DNA of 64,000 nucleotides from a virus (Duplodnaviria; Caudoviricetes): IMG/VR virus record IMGVR_UViG_2687453341_000008; one strand, 5' to 3'. Shown piece by piece: positions 1 to 10,538 of this stretch (position 1 is its first letter; each line of letters starts with the position of its first letter). The notes under the pieces were generated by a model. It saw only the letters and a program-made list of their open reading frames with translations, ran no database searches and was not told where the DNA came from. The position numbers and the translations under genes were made by a program.

Positions 1-124
1 CGTCGTATTTGAGACACTCCCGAGCAACGTCGAGGCACCGCTGAACCAAGTACCTCTCTTCATAGAGCCTCCGAATATCTGCCACGGCTCGACTAAAGAA
101 GAGCACTGCAAACAACTCACCCAT
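1..124 (-). CDS. 5' part of a phage hypothetical protein running off the window edge
   Basis: ATG at 124 preceded by a GGAGA RBS; frame open to base 1 (MGELFAVLFFSRAVADIRRLYEERYLVQRCLDVARECLKYD...). Confidence 0.5.
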   Translation of the reverse strand, partial: MGELFAVLFFSRAVADIRRLYEERYLVQRCLDVARECLKYD

Positions 125-145
125 AACCAGTCTCCTATTAAAGCA

Positions 146-177
146 AAGAAGCTCCCGTCGTTTGACGAGAGCTTCTT
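146..177 (-). terminator. intrinsic terminator after the head operon
   Basis: Minus strand AAGAAGCTCTCGTC-AAAC-GACGGGAGCTTCTT followed by TGCTTT. Confidence 0.7.
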
Positions 178-205
178 ACTATCCGCGGCAGAATTCAAAT
201 GTTCG

Positions 206-730
206 CTACGAGAGAGGCGACCAATCTGAACCATGATAGGCAACGTGCTCGGGGACCCACAGACCGCACACAAGCTGACTAGCCGCTGGAGAGTTGAACG
301 AAGCACCCACATATGCGTAATCGGCACCAACATCCAAATCAGCAGGAGAGACGCGGATTAGCGCTATGAACTGATTCGTCGCGGCTCCGCGATCCGTAGC
401 AGACGCATAAGAGTTCGCTGGAGCCTCACGATTGACCAACGCGGACTTCGTCCAGAAGTCTTTCGCGGCCGCGATCGCCCCAGCAGAACCTGCCTTGAAG
501 AAGACTTCCTTGATCTGCAGAACCTTCGAGCTACCACCGGCATTGGTCTTTGCTTGGTTCAGCGTGATCGTAATGTCTTGACCCGCCGTACCCACGCCAA
601 TGAATAGAAGTAAGTTGAGGAAACTGTTGACGTTGGTAACACCAGCCCAGTTAGTGGACTTCGCGCCACCAGTCAGATCTGCGAGAAGAGCTGGCGAACC
701 ACTGTCGCCAAATGGAAACTGCTTGAACAT
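206..730 (-). CDS. putative head decoration / capsid-associated protein
   Basis: 174 aa, Gly/Ala/Ser-rich, directly downstream of the major capsid gene, GGAG RBS. Confidence 0.55.
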   Translation of the reverse strand: MFKQFPFGDSGSPALLADLTGGAKSTNWAGVTNVNSFLNLLLFIGVGTAGQDITITLNQAKTNAGGSSKVLQIKEVFFKAGSAGAIAAAKDFWTKSALVNREAPANSYASATDRGAATNQFIALIRVSPADLDVGADYAYVGASFNSPAASQLVCGLWVPEHVAYHGSDWSPLS

Positions 731-776
731 GTTTTGAATGACTCCGTTTTCGATTTAATCGCTGGCTTTGTAATAA

Positions 777-800
777 GCCTCGGGAGCAGCCCCCCGAGGC
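777..800 (-). terminator. hairpin after the major capsid gene (attenuator or mRNA stabiliser)
   Basis: GCCTCGGG-loop-CCCGAGGC stem between the capsid gene and the next gene; weak U tract. Confidence 0.45.
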
Positions 801-837
801 AAAAATCAACATAGGCAACCGCCGAAGCGGCTAATTG

Positions 838-2097
838 CTACCGAGCTTCCAGGGCAATGAAGTCGCCCTGCGAAACCGTTCCGTACTTCGGAGTCGTCGG
901 CTTGTCGAACAGTGGTCGCCCGTCAATTCGGAATGTGAACTTGATCGCCGTTTGACCACGGAGGAACTCGACGTGCGGAGAAACGAGCTCCTGAACGCCA
1001 CCCTTCGAGATCGTCAGGTACTGACCAAGATTCGCCAAAACGATGTCACCTTTGTCGCCGAGCTTTTGGTTGAACTCGGTCGGAATCACGGGACGCCCCA
1101 TCAAGGTCGCATACGGGCTCGCGGAAAGGCCTCCGGGAGGAAGGTATACAACCCCGTTTTGCCCGCCGCTTCCCATTGTCATGGAATAAAGCTGAGGTTC
1201 AATTTCCTGGTTGATGTACCAAGCGTAGGCATCCACAGGCTGGCCGGTTCGCCGACGAGCCCACATGTTGAGGATGTTTTGCGAGTTGATCGTGTCCGCG
1301 GCTTGAGCGTTCTCCTTCGCAACATCGACGCATGCTGTGCTCTTCAAGAAGCCAAGCATTCGCTTTCCGCCAGGACCATTGAACACCGCATCACCGGTCA
1401 TGAACGCGATTTCGCGTTGAACGGCTTGGCGAACCCATTGCTCCAAGGCGTAGCTGTTATCCTCGAGCAACTCATCGGTCAGGTAGACCACGACACACAA
1501 CTTCTTGAGCTTGAGCTCGGTCGCATCGATCGAAGGACGACCAGCCGAAGCCAAGTCACCTTCCTCAAGCCAATAGCCGAGCAATCCACCCGATCGCTGA
1601 CCATCCGCGCGGCTGCTTTCTTGCAGCTTGGGGAACGCCATCGTATTGCCCGAGACGGTGAACTGATTGGTTCGGCTCAGAACATCGTTGTCATAGTAGA
1701 TCGCCGCAATGTCAGGAGCGAACTCAGGCAACACTAGCGCACCAGCCGACTCGCTGTCGAGCGTGTTCATGGCGTTCGCCTTGACGAGCATGTCGACCGC
1801 TTTGTGGTGCCGCGATTCGAACTCGTTCTGATTCTTGTACCCTAACCGCAAGAACTCGGAGAACGACTTGAACTGCCGCTTATATCCAGCAGGGGCGCGA
1901 AAACGGCGACCCTTCCGCATTGCGTTGAGCTTACCCTTCACAATTTGGGTTGGCTCATAGTTGTCTTCCTCGAAGAAACTGAGCGCGTTGGTTTCATGAT
2001 TCAAGTGAGAGCCTTCAACACTCCCCTTTACCATGTTGCCAATCTCTTCCATTCGCTTTTCGAGATTGGTCATTCCCGTCAAAATATCTGAACTCAT
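838..2097 (-). CDS. phage major capsid protein (HK97 fold)
   Basis: Motifs GALVLPEF, YWLEEG, KKLCVVVYLTDELLED, TLMGRPVI, FTFRIDGRP typical of HK97-type capsid proteins; lies downstream of the protease. Confidence 0.93.
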   Translation of the reverse strand: MSSDILTGMTNLEKRMEEIGNMVKGSVEGSHLNHETNALSFFEEDNYEPTQIVKGKLNAMRKGRRFRAPAGYKRQFKSFSEFLRLGYKNQNEFESRHHKAVDMLVKANAMNTLDSESAGALVLPEFAPDIAAIYYDNDVLSRTNQFTVSGNTMAFPKLQESSRADGQRSGGLLGYWLEEGDLASAGRPSIDATELKLKKLCVVVYLTDELLEDNSYALEQWVRQAVQREIAFMTGDAVFNGPGGKRMLGFLKSTACVDVAKENAQAADTINSQNILNMWARRRTGQPVDAYAWYINQEIEPQLYSMTMGSGGQNGVVYLPPGGLSASPYATLMGRPVIPTEFNQKLGDKGDIVLANLGQYLTISKGGVQELVSPHVEFLRGQTAIKFTFRIDGRPLFDKPTTPKYGTVSQGDFIALEAR

Positions 2098-2163
2098 CTT
2101 TCAAACTTCCCCCGCCGCCGCGCGGCCGCTGTATTTACCTAAAAACCCCCAGAACCGCACTCC

Positions 2164-3687
2164 CTACTCGGATCGCATCTGCATCGGCGTAACGTCGAGA
2201 TTTGCAACCAAGTCTTCGAATCGTTTTTGCAGGCTTTCGAATGCCTGCTTGTATTTGGACTCGTCCACGCTTGCCGCTTGAGGCTGCTTGAACGACTTCG
2301 CTTGCTGATTGAGACGATCGATGTCCGAAACCGTCTGATTCAAGATGCGAATATTGGCAACACTGAGCTTGCCGCCATTCTTCGCCGCCGACTTGGCAAT
2401 CATGTTGACGCGTGCTGCAAGCCCTTGAAGCTGATCGAGACTTCGGTTGCTCGAGCAGAGGAAGCTCTTCACAACTTCATCGGTTGGCTCTTCCGTTGGT
2501 GGAACCAACGGTTCGAGAGCCGAGTACTTCGAGCTATAAAGACCCTCGAGGCTCGTCGCCAAGTCTCGAGCTTGCTGAAGGACCTCGGTCGCTTGCGACT
2601 TGACGTCATCTGCTTCGACAGGCCCCAGAGCCTTGGTTGCGGTTTCGATCAATCCCAACAAGTTGCCATGGATCGAGCGAAGCACTTGCGCACCGAGCGG
2701 GAGCTCTTCTCCAACAATCTCCGGCTCGTCGACAACCACTTCTTGGCTAGCCACGGCATCGGATGCAGGCCCGGGTGCTGGTGCTTCATCGTCGGAAAGT
2801 AATTCGGCAGCAGCCCGTAACATCCCTTGGGACATCTCGTCATACTCGCCCATTTCCGCCATCGACTTGGCCAACTGCTTTGGCCCCATCTTTTTGATCT
2901 GCTCGCTAGTGAGCTTTTTCATCTCGACTACCCTCTCGCTTTGCTTCGAATCGATTCCCGGCGTTGAAGCCCGAGTCTCCAACGTTGACAGAAGACTCTT
3001 TCGAATCACCGGATGAATCGACTGACCATCCAAGGTGTTAAGTGAGAGAATCCGATTTGCTGCCTCACACTGCAAATCGGCGATTTCCTTGAGGAACTCA
3101 TTGCTCTTGACGATGCGAGCGCCGGGGTTGACCGGCAAAGTACAGTAACTCCACTCGTTCATAAACGCTGTCTCGATGAACAAGATCTCGTCACCGAAGG
3201 AGTCGAAACCGATCGCGCAATCCTCGACACTGATTCCGATAGAACTCGTGCGAAGAAACTTCTGCACCACGAGATCGAAGAACTGCATACTTAGCTTGTT
3301 CTTGGCTTGGTGATGTGCGACCGCGTAGGTCCCATCTTCTTCTTGCGTGACGGTTACATTCCCATCGCCGTCTTCGGACACTGCAACGGGAAGAGTGATC
3401 CCCTCCAAACCGTGGCCATAGAGCACGACCGGGTTATCGCGATAGATATCGAGCTTGATCCCATCTTGATTGACGACGTGATTAACGCGATCCATCTGCG
3501 ACGTGCTGATGCGCATGCGAACCGTCAAATTGGTTTCGTCTACCGCGGGAGCCGCGACCGAGTCGACGGCTATTTGATCCCCGTAAGGACCGGACTTGCA
3601 GAAGTACAGATGTCCCGTGTTACCCGCTTCCCGCGATGGCAACAGCAATCGACCTACTTCCGCAAACTGAACTTTTCGCTTCTCCAT
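2164..3687 (-). CDS. HK97-family prohead protease with long C-terminal scaffold-like extension
   Basis: DRVNHVV..G, NPVVLYGH, SSIG, EWSYCTLPVNPGA protease motifs, then about 300 aa of acidic/coiled-coil tail. Confidence 0.85.
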   Translation of the reverse strand: MEKRKVQFAEVGRLLLPSREAGNTGHLYFCKSGPYGDQIAVDSVAAPAVDETNLTVRMRISTSQMDRVNHVVNQDGIKLDIYRDNPVVLYGHGLEGITLPVAVSEDGDGNVTVTQEEDGTYAVAHHQAKNKLSMQFFDLVVQKFLRTSSIGISVEDCAIGFDSFGDEILFIETAFMNEWSYCTLPVNPGARIVKSNEFLKEIADLQCEAANRILSLNTLDGQSIHPVIRKSLLSTLETRASTPGIDSKQSERVVEMKKLTSEQIKKMGPKQLAKSMAEMGEYDEMSQGMLRAAAELLSDDEAPAPGPASDAVASQEVVVDEPEIVGEELPLGAQVLRSIHGNLLGLIETATKALGPVEADDVKSQATEVLQQARDLATSLEGLYSSKYSALEPLVPPTEEPTDEVVKSFLCSSNRSLDQLQGLAARVNMIAKSAAKNGGKLSVANIRILNQTVSDIDRLNQQAKSFKQPQAASVDESKYKQAFESLQKRFEDLVANLDVTPMQMRSE

Positions 3688-3735
3688 GTTTCACCTCGTA
3701 AGATGAAACTCGCGAAACTCAAAACACAGAGCAAA

Positions 3736-3942
3736 TCAAGAGGGCTCCCGCGGAGAATGCGGTTTCGAGGACTTTTGTTGAACTCGCACCCAGTTGCGAA
3801 TAACGGACTCCGACAATCCCAAACGACGAGCGACTTGAGGGATCGTGTTACCTTTGTTAACGAGCCTGAACGCGTCTTGCTTGGTCTTCTCGCAAATCTT
3901 CTTCCCCATATGACCGTTCGCCATAATCCTCCTGCCTCCCAA
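3736..3942 (-). CDS. small helix-turn-helix protein
   Basis: TIPQVARRLGLSESVIRNWV HTH pattern. Confidence 0.65.
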   Translation of the reverse strand: MGGRRIMANGHMGKKICEKTKQDAFRLVNKGNTIPQVARRLGLSESVIRNWVRVQQKSSKPHSPREPS

Positions 3943-4005
3943 AGAACAGCATCAACCCAGCCGATCGCATTAGGATCGCTAAAGTTGATACCAGACTGCA
4001 AGCGA

Positions 4006-4722
4006 TTAAATCGCGACGTGTTCAATCCAACATCGGCATCGTTTATGCGCCGGAGTCCCTCGCGGAAACTTAGCACCCCAAACTTCTCGCGTCGTGCCTT
4101 CGAGCGGTTCGCAGATATCGCACGCACCTGGCTCCGTCCGCCAGACTTCTACGATCGTCTTGCCCTTGGCACGCAACACATTGGTCCCGGCGATTTCCGC
4201 ATCGGACTGCGTTTCAGTCACAGCAGTGACTGCCGTCATCTCTGCGTCAGACTGCGTGAACGCATCGCCTCTTGCATCTCGCCACTCCCTGGGAGCGTAC
4301 GGATCCACTGCAGTATGAAGAGGGGCTTGGTTTCTCGACACAACAGCCGGATCACCCAGAACGGTGAAGATAGTGCGAGGTGCAGATTCAAACTGCCTAC
4401 GCCTTTCGGCCTCCTCCTGCCTAAACTTGATCACTCGAGCCTTCCACCGCGAGGCGATATCTCGGGTCCATCTCCCGAAAAAGAGCATGAACGCCGCGGC
4501 TGCCGCTTTCGCATTTTGCTCTTCCTCGAACTCTTCCAGCAAGTTTTGGTTTGCCAGAATCCATACAGCCCAAACCGCGTCGAGACATCGCTCCCTGAGC
4601 GATCGGACAAGCGTCTCTTCGCTCAAGAAAGACGGATCCTCAATATCCGTCCACTCCATCCAAACCGAAGCGAGTACCGCTTCCAGTTCTTTTTCTCTTA
4701 GCTCCCGGTTTGGGACTTCCAT
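4006..4722 (-). CDS. phage head morphogenesis protein (MuF / SPP1 gp7-like)
   Basis: C-terminal W..CDICEPLEG...PAHKRCRC motif; upstream of the protease. Confidence 0.75.
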   Translation of the reverse strand: MEVPNRELREKELEAVLASVWMEWTDIEDPSFLSEETLVRSLRERCLDAVWAVWILANQNLLEEFEEEQNAKAAAAAFMLFFGRWTRDIASRWKARVIKFRQEEAERRRQFESAPRTIFTVLGDPAVVSRNQAPLHTAVDPYAPREWRDARGDAFTQSDAEMTAVTAVTETQSDAEIAGTNVLRAKGKTIVEVWRTEPGACDICEPLEGTTREVWGAKFPRGTPAHKRCRCWIEHVAI

Positions 4723-4752
4723 ATCTCAGAACCTACCATGCAGAGCCAGTGG

Positions 4753-5322
4753 TTATCGACAAAGCCGCGTCTTCAAGAATCGCAGGGGACGCACAGCCCG
4801 TCTGACAGCCCCCGTCGCAACACTCGCCGCGCTCGCTACCGCAGCCCTCGCAAGCGGAGCACCACGACCGACACACGCTCTACCCGAGCACTGAATCGAT
4901 GTAATGGCACCACTTTGAATCAACTCTCGATGTCCCTTGATTGACCTGAGCCACGCAGCGATCGCCATTTCTCGCGTAGCAACCCCGGAACTTTTGAATA
5001 CGACCTCCGGACCATTGAAATAGCGGTCGTGGTACAGGAAACGACTTCGATCCAGTTTCCTCGCAAACACGAGTGCACCGAAATCCCCCGATGTATTCGT
5101 CACCGCACTGGTCACGCAGGTCGAACAACCCTCGCTTGCGACTCCAATGGTTCGAATCTCTCGCACGGCCTGAACAGGAATCGCAACTGCGTTGACTGCT
5201 CCCGCCACAACCCGGGAACCCGCAGTCGGGCAAACTCCGTTTCTGCATTGTGCAAACAAGTCACTTCCAACGAGCAAGGCAACACACATCGCCAAGACTC
5301 CAACGAAACTCCATCGCTTCAC
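4753..5322 (-). CDS. secreted protein with degenerate CAP/SCP-like domain
   Basis: GTG start at 5322 after GAGGAGG; signal peptide followed by QCRNGVCP; motif AIAAWLRSIKGHRELI resembles the CAP W..SPGHR motif. Confidence 0.55.
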   Translation of the reverse strand: MKRWSFVGVLAMCVALLVGSDLFAQCRNGVCPTAGSRVVAGAVNAVAIPVQAVREIRTIGVASEGCSTCVTSAVTNTSGDFGALVFARKLDRSRFLYHDRYFNGPEVVFKSSGVATREMAIAAWLRSIKGHRELIQSGAITSIQCSGRACVGRGAPLARAAVASAASVATGAVRRAVRPLRFLKTRLCR

Positions 5323-5482
5323 TTCGCCATCCTCCTCGTAAATCTTGGCTCTCTGAGCCATAAACTTCTCAGCTCCGCCCTGTGCCGAGCTGAACATATA
5401 AAGGTGCCTAGGCTGATATGTTTTTCTGTAGCACACTCGCTACTTGTCGCCCCAACGGCACCACCCGGGAACATTTGGTGTC

Positions 5483-5506
5483 AAAGGAAAGGCCTCTTTC
5501 GAGGCC
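5483..5506 (-). terminator. intrinsic terminator
   Basis: Minus strand GGCCTC-GAAA-GAGGCC-TTTCCTTT after the ATPase gene. Confidence 0.6.
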
Positions 5507-5513
5507 ACGCAAC

Positions 5514-6944
5514 CTACTCAAAGTCTTCTACTCGAAGCTCCCCGCCGTCTTCAACCGATGCGGAGATGAGGTAGACGCCGGACTCGCGACAGATTTCGGC
5601 GATCTCCTGCTTCAACTCCGGCCCGAGCGACTGCCACGCCTCTTGGCACAACGGGATCACCCCACCTTTGCCAACCGACCGAACGGCGTACTGCAACGCG
5701 ACTCGCCACTTCTGACCCGTGGACAACTCCTCAAATGGAACTTCCTTCTTGCGACCCTCGTGCCGCACGACAAGCAAGCCATCTTTGATCTGGATCGGAC
5801 CCTCAGGCAAAGCCTTCTGAGCGCGACCGATCACTTCTTGAGCAAACTTGCGAATGTCGATCGCCCTGTTGGCGACATCGACCGACTCGTTTTGCAGCGA
5901 CATGGACTCCTTGAGAGCCCCCTTCCGTTGTCCCACGGTGGCCGCCACGTTGAGCAGCTCGATCGCCTTGAGCTCGTTGGCTCGCAGTTCAGCCAATCGT
6001 TCCTCTGATGGACTTTCACCCGGATCGGCGATCTGCGATCGCAACCGGTCCAACATCTGTTGCTTTTCGATCGCGTGCTTTTGCTGCTGTAGCAAAGACT
6101 GAAGTTGACGTTCTGCAGCTTCTAGCCTCCTACGCAAGCCTTCGACTGTAGTTCTCGCATTCGCGATGTTGGATTCCAAGTCTTCCTGATAAACTACTCC
6201 GCTTGCTTCGGCTTCTTGTATCTGTTCTTCGATTCTCGCGTTAGCTTCCGATACTGATCTAAACCGAGTCGCTTGCAGCTCAGCCGCTTGCAACTCGCTC
6301 GAAGCCTTTCGGCTGTTTTCGAGGGCCTTTTGATAGCCCAACGCACCTTGCAGTTGATCGACATCTCCTGCTTCTTGCCGCTTCGCTGTTGCCATTCCAG
6401 CAAGCCTCTCGGCCGCCCGTTCTTGTTCCAATGCAAACGAATCCAGCGCCCGCTTGAGTTTATCGGCCATCGTCACTGGATCATCGGCCGACGCAATATC
6501 ATCGATATCGATCTCGGTCTTGAACTCATCGAACCGATCACCCAGCAAGTCGGCTGGAGTGAGTTTGTTCCCACCGATGGAGATCAAGCAGCGAACGCGA
6601 GCCTTCTGCCGCGCAGCCGAATCTGCAACCTTGGGCTCAACCAACGTCGCGATGTCGAGACGACCGCCTAGCGTTGGGACCGCGACGGATCCAGACGTAG
6701 TGGACCTCTTTCCGATCTTCACGCTTCGGCCGAGACCCGTCACTTCTCCGGCCGACTCGCCATCGTGCGGTGTAAGCCCAGCTAGAGAATCTTTATCCCC
6801 TAGCAAACCGGACAACGCGCGGATCGCTGTCGTCTTTCCAGTTCCCGAGGTCCCTTTGAGAATCTTGACCCCTCCGCCACCCTCTGGGAGATCGAACACG
6901 ATGTTCGTGATCGGGCCAACGGACTTCATCTCGACTGTACTCAT
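5514..6944 (-). CDS. coiled-coil P-loop ATPase (SMC/Rad50-like architecture)
   Basis: Walker A GTSGTGKT, long coiled coil, ABC signature LSTGQK, degenerate Walker B; ATG at 6944 with AGGAG RBS. Confidence 0.75.
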   Translation of the reverse strand: MSTVEMKSVGPITNIVFDLPEGGGGVKILKGTSGTGKTTAIRALSGLLGDKDSLAGLTPHDGESAGEVTGLGRSVKIGKRSTTSGSVAVPTLGGRLDIATLVEPKVADSAARQKARVRCLISIGGNKLTPADLLGDRFDEFKTEIDIDDIASADDPVTMADKLKRALDSFALEQERAAERLAGMATAKRQEAGDVDQLQGALGYQKALENSRKASSELQAAELQATRFRSVSEANARIEEQIQEAEASGVVYQEDLESNIANARTTVEGLRRRLEAAERQLQSLLQQQKHAIEKQQMLDRLRSQIADPGESPSEERLAELRANELKAIELLNVAATVGQRKGALKESMSLQNESVDVANRAIDIRKFAQEVIGRAQKALPEGPIQIKDGLLVVRHEGRKKEVPFEELSTGQKWRVALQYAVRSVGKGGVIPLCQEAWQSLGPELKQEIAEICRESGVYLISASVEDGGELRVEDFE

Positions 6945-7100
6945 GAATCGCTCCTGCGAATGAACTTGATGGACACAACTGCCTGACACCAAGAAAGGCC
7001 GGAAACGCAGGATTTTCATCGCGTTTTTCTACGTGATATTGCTAATCACTCGAAGAAAGTTTCCTCCCGCGGCGTCTATTGAAAGCCATTCGCCTACTTT

Positions 7101-7275
7101 TCAGTTCTCGGGGTACTGATTCTTGGTGTTGCCGTAGTAGTGGACGAACTTGGTATCGCCCATGCCGAGAATGTGCGTCACGCTGGTATCGATTTGCCCG
7201 AACTCGATCTGTTCGGAGTTGAGCCACTCTTCGATGATCATCTCCTCGGATCCAAACGAATAGTCCGCTACGCCG
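7101..7275 (-). pseudogene. 3' remnant of a gene cut by IS66 (possibly glycosyltransferase-like)
   Basis: Open frame from the IS end: GVADYSFGSEEMIIEEWL...TKFVHYYGNTKNQYPEN*; no start codon region left. Confidence 0.5.
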
Positions 7276-7321
7276 GTAAGCGTACACGACAGGGAGGTAG
7301 CTTTGGCAGGGCGGCTTGGCT

Positions 7322-9049
7322 CTAGGTTTTCTGTCGCTTGAGCTTGGCGGCGACGATTCGGCGCGCACGCGTTAGCTGCTTGCGATCGGATTTGTAGCGA
7401 CTTTCTTCCTCACGATACGTGCGAATTGCCTCGGGATGCTCGCGCTTCCAGACATCAGGCAGCAGCTTCGTGTAATCGGTCTCGCCCGCCAACAAGCGAT
7501 CCAAGACGTCCTTCAAGTACTTCCACACATCGAGGCTATGGCGCTTCGCGCTGCTCACAATGGTCATCAGCCTGGCCGCCCGCTCACCCGATGGGACGTT
7601 CGCGACGAACAGCCAATTCTTCCTGCCCAGGGCGACCTGCCTCATGAGCTGCTCCACTCGGTTATTGTCGATCGGTAGAACCCCATGGCTTGCGTAAGTC
7701 GTTAGCGCATCCCAGTTGTTGCGCAGATAGCCCAAGGCTCCCGCTAAGTCCGACTTCGGGAGGACTTCCGCATCGGTCAAGCTATCGACGTACTTCTTGA
7801 TCACCTCCAAGATCGGTAGCGCATGCTTCTGACGATGCTCCAAGCGCGCTTCAACGTCCATGCCCTGTTCACGCGCATTCACATCGTAAAGTCCTTGAAT
7901 CATCTCAAGCAGCTTCTCGCGGTGGGGATTCTCCTTTGCGACATCGTAGATGGTGCGACGCGCATGCGCCCAACAGGCAGCGAACGTTAATCGATCGCTG
8001 TTATGAAGCACTACCGACGTGTTACCAGAGAAACAGTCCCCTTGAACGATGCATCTACTCTCGCGGAAGAATTCATCAGGGCCATCGCGATGCCGAGAGA
8101 TCCTGAAGTCAAAGATGTTGTAGGGCGATTGATCCAATCCTCGGTAAGCCCACATCTTGCCGATGATGCTGTCTTCCCCTTTGGCTTTCGCTTCGCGGAT
8201 CTTTTCAATCAACCGCTTGAGCTTCAAGTCTCCGGGTTTCTCCTCGGGCATCTCGCGTGGCATCAGCATGCGGCAGCTGCTTTCATCGAGTCCAACTGCC
8301 GAATCCTTCTGAACTCGCTTGGCCATAAAGGCAACCAAGCCTAGCAGAGCGAAGTCGACTTGCTCGACGAGATTCTGCAAGGTGGAGCGATTGGGAGTCC
8401 AGCCACTGCTACCGAAGACATCGGTTTGGCGATACAGCGGTAGATGCATATCGAACTTATGAACGACAACCGCGGCTGCGACACTGGTGTCATACTTGTT
8501 CCCTTCCACCAGCCCTGTGGGGCGCTCGGCGGAAACGACGCCCTGTTCTTTGCAGCAAGTGCACGCGTACTTGGGATATTCCGTCACGCGACGATAGAGC
8601 TTGGCTGGTTCGTAGACAAGCGTCTCGGTCTTGTCGACGTCGATCATGGCCATAGGGCCATGCTTAGGGCAGACACGGTCCTTTTCGGGGACGTCACAAA
8701 GTTGCTTCACTTCGGGGAGGTGAGCGGGGAGCGCCTCGCTCCGTTTTTTCTTGGGTTTCGAAGTGGATTTCGGGGCTGCTTCCTCGAGCAGCTTCTCCGC
8801 TTCTGCTTCGGCTTCCGATCTGGCTTGTTCGAGTTCTTCTTGCGATTCAAATGGGAGCCATGGGCTGCCGCCAGGCGAGATATGCTTCTCCCGCTTCTTG
8901 TGCATAGAAGCGATCATCTTCGCGAGCTTGTGGTACTCGGTCTCGAACCACTCGAGCTTGGTCTTGAGCTGCGCGTTCTCTTTCTGCAGCAGTTCGATCG
9001 CAGATGGAGCGACGGGAGAATCGGTGTTGTTCGAGGTTGCGTCTTGCAT
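7322..9049 (-). CDS. tnpC: IS66 transposase TnpC
   Basis: Leucine zipper, C-x2-H/C-x2-C zinc finger, [32 protein letters not shown]; start chosen at ATG 9049. Confidence 0.93.
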   Translation of the reverse strand: MQDATSNNTDSPVAPSAIELLQKENAQLKTKLEWFETEYHKLAKMIASMHKKREKHISPGGSPWLPFESQEELEQARSEAEAEAEKLLEEAAPKSTSKPKKKRSEALPAHLPEVKQLCDVPEKDRVCPKHGPMAMIDVDKTETLVYEPAKLYRRVTEYPKYACTCCKEQGVVSAERPTGLVEGNKYDTSVAAAVVVHKFDMHLPLYRQTDVFGSSGWTPNRSTLQNLVEQVDFALLGLVAFMAKRVQKDSAVGLDESSCRMLMPREMPEEKPGDLKLKRLIEKIREAKAKGEDSIIGKMWAYRGLDQSPYNIFDFRISRHRDGPDEFFRESRCIVQGDCFSGNTSVVLHNSDRLTFAACWAHARRTIYDVAKENPHREKLLEMIQGLYDVNAREQGMDVEARLEHRQKHALPILEVIKKYVDSLTDAEVLPKSDLAGALGYLRNNWDALTTYASHGVLPIDNNRVEQLMRQVALGRKNWLFVANVPSGERAARLMTIVSSAKRHSLDVWKYLKDVLDRLLAGETDYTKLLPDVWKREHPEAIRTYREEESRYKSDRKQLTRARRIVAAKLKRQKT

Positions 9050-9134
9050 GATGGATAGTACGAAAGAACCACCGATATGGCTCATGAAAATATTGAAAAA
9101 CAGAGGAATAAGTGTAACGATTTTTGGATAAAAA

Positions 9135-9512
9135 TCAGCTCTCAGAACTCTTCGAGACCTTGGGTGCAACGTCGAAGCGTTTGCGCCGTTTGATGTTCGA
9201 TACATCGATCCCTGTGAGCAGCATCGAGAGCTGCGCATGATCGATGATGAGGCTCTTGGAATTACCATCTACGAGCGGCTTCTGGATGCTTCCGGACTCC
9301 AGACGTTTCATGTAAATCGCGAGCCCATCGCGATCCCACCAAATGATCTTCAATCGATCGCGACGACGATTGATGAACATGAAGTAATCACCAAGGCGAA
9401 TATCGCGAGCGAACTCCGATTGGACGATCGCATGCAAGCCGTCGTAGGAACGTCTCATATCGACAGCCTGCATATAGAGATAAACTCGCGCGGTGGAAGC
9501 AACAGCAAGCAT
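9135..9512 (-). CDS. tnpB: IS66 accessory protein TnpB
   Basis: [36 protein letters not shown]. Confidence 0.92.
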   Translation of the reverse strand: MLAVASTARVYLYMQAVDMRRSYDGLHAIVQSEFARDIRLGDYFMFINRRRDRLKIIWWDRDGLAIYMKRLESGSIQKPLVDGNSKSLIIDHAQLSMLLTGIDVSNIKRRKRFDVAPKVSKSSES

Positions 9513-9519
9513 CGCAATC

Positions 9520-9861
9520 TCACTCACAAACGATGAGTTGTTTAAAGCCGGACTCTTGATGTTGTGTGGCCCAAGCCAGCACGGTGTTGATCGCTTCGAG
9601 CGACTTGGCCTGGACTTCGATCTTGATTCCCCGCGCTTCAATGAGGAAGCGAACGACGCCAGCGTCGACATCAGGCAATGGAGTCGAAGGGACGTTTGGT
9701 GTGGTGGCGGCAAGGCTCTGATCAAGCTTCTTTCGCCAATAGCTGAAGACTTGTAGGTTGATCTTCTCGTTGCGGCAGAACTGAGAGATGCTGAGACCTG
9801 ATCGTCGAAAGCGATCGAGGCGAGAAGCCCATAGCTGGGCTTTAGAAGTATCACGCGGCAT
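9520..9861 (-). CDS. tnpA: IS66 accessory HTH protein TnpA
   Basis: W...RRSGLSISQFCRNEKI...FSYWRKKL. Confidence 0.88.
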   Translation of the reverse strand: MPRDTSKAQLWASRLDRFRRSGLSISQFCRNEKINLQVFSYWRKKLDQSLAATTPNVPSTPLPDVDAGVVRFLIEARGIKIEVQAKSLEAINTVLAWATQHQESGFKQLIVCE

Positions 9862-10319
9862 GTTCGGTGCTCCATCGGTTGAACGCGGCAGCCACCATGG
9901 CCGCCGCTACCGAACACTACAACCGAAATCAAGACCGCGCCGGGACCGAAACGACTGGTGCTGGCGTACGACTATGTAGTCTTGTGTCGGGCAAGGGGGT
10001 TTAGGATATTTTTTTCGATCGGTTGTATGTTTGGGCGCAGCAGCCATCGGTTTCGCGTTGCGAAATGAGTTCCTAAGTGTGGGCCTTCGTCGGAGCCGAT
10101 TTTCGGTCGCTCACCCCGGCGAAGTGAGTCTTCGAACGGAGCGAATGGCGACTGAAAATCGAGCGTAGGCGATGGACCACACAGGGCCTTTGTTGGTGAG
10201 ATTTGAGGTAGTAACAGTTCTCTTCTTAGGTTCTTGCTAAGCCTTCGATCATGCTGAAACCACGATAGGATTTAAACGACTATTCGAGTTGTTCGTAGGG
10301 TCGCAGGGCATTATGCGTG

Positions 10320-10538
10320 CGATGCGACAGCGTTTCACTACGATCTCATGAGTCCATGCAATACCTCACGTTGGCTTATTCGCTTACACGATGTGTTCGC
10401 CGGAGGCGACATCAGTACGCCAGCAAGCTCTACGCGAGGTTTTTGGCCTTTCGGGTCCTTATGGTTTCTGCGTCTGGGCTTTGCAAAAGGGTTGTTAAAC
10501 TGTTTTTCTCAACTCTGGGAAAATGTTCTTGAGTGGGC
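10320..10538 (-). ncRNA. putative seekRNA / bridge RNA of the IS1111 element (boundaries approximate)
   Basis: Downstream non-coding region holds two target-matching segments (10381-10387 and 10415-10425) flanking a hairpin. Confidence 0.75.

Noticed and set aside
835..4701. Long plus-strand ORFs (835-1737, 3307-4701; likewise 54551-55399 and 60613-61842)
   Set aside because: They are antisense shadows of well-supported minus-strand genes in GC-rich DNA and have no motifs.
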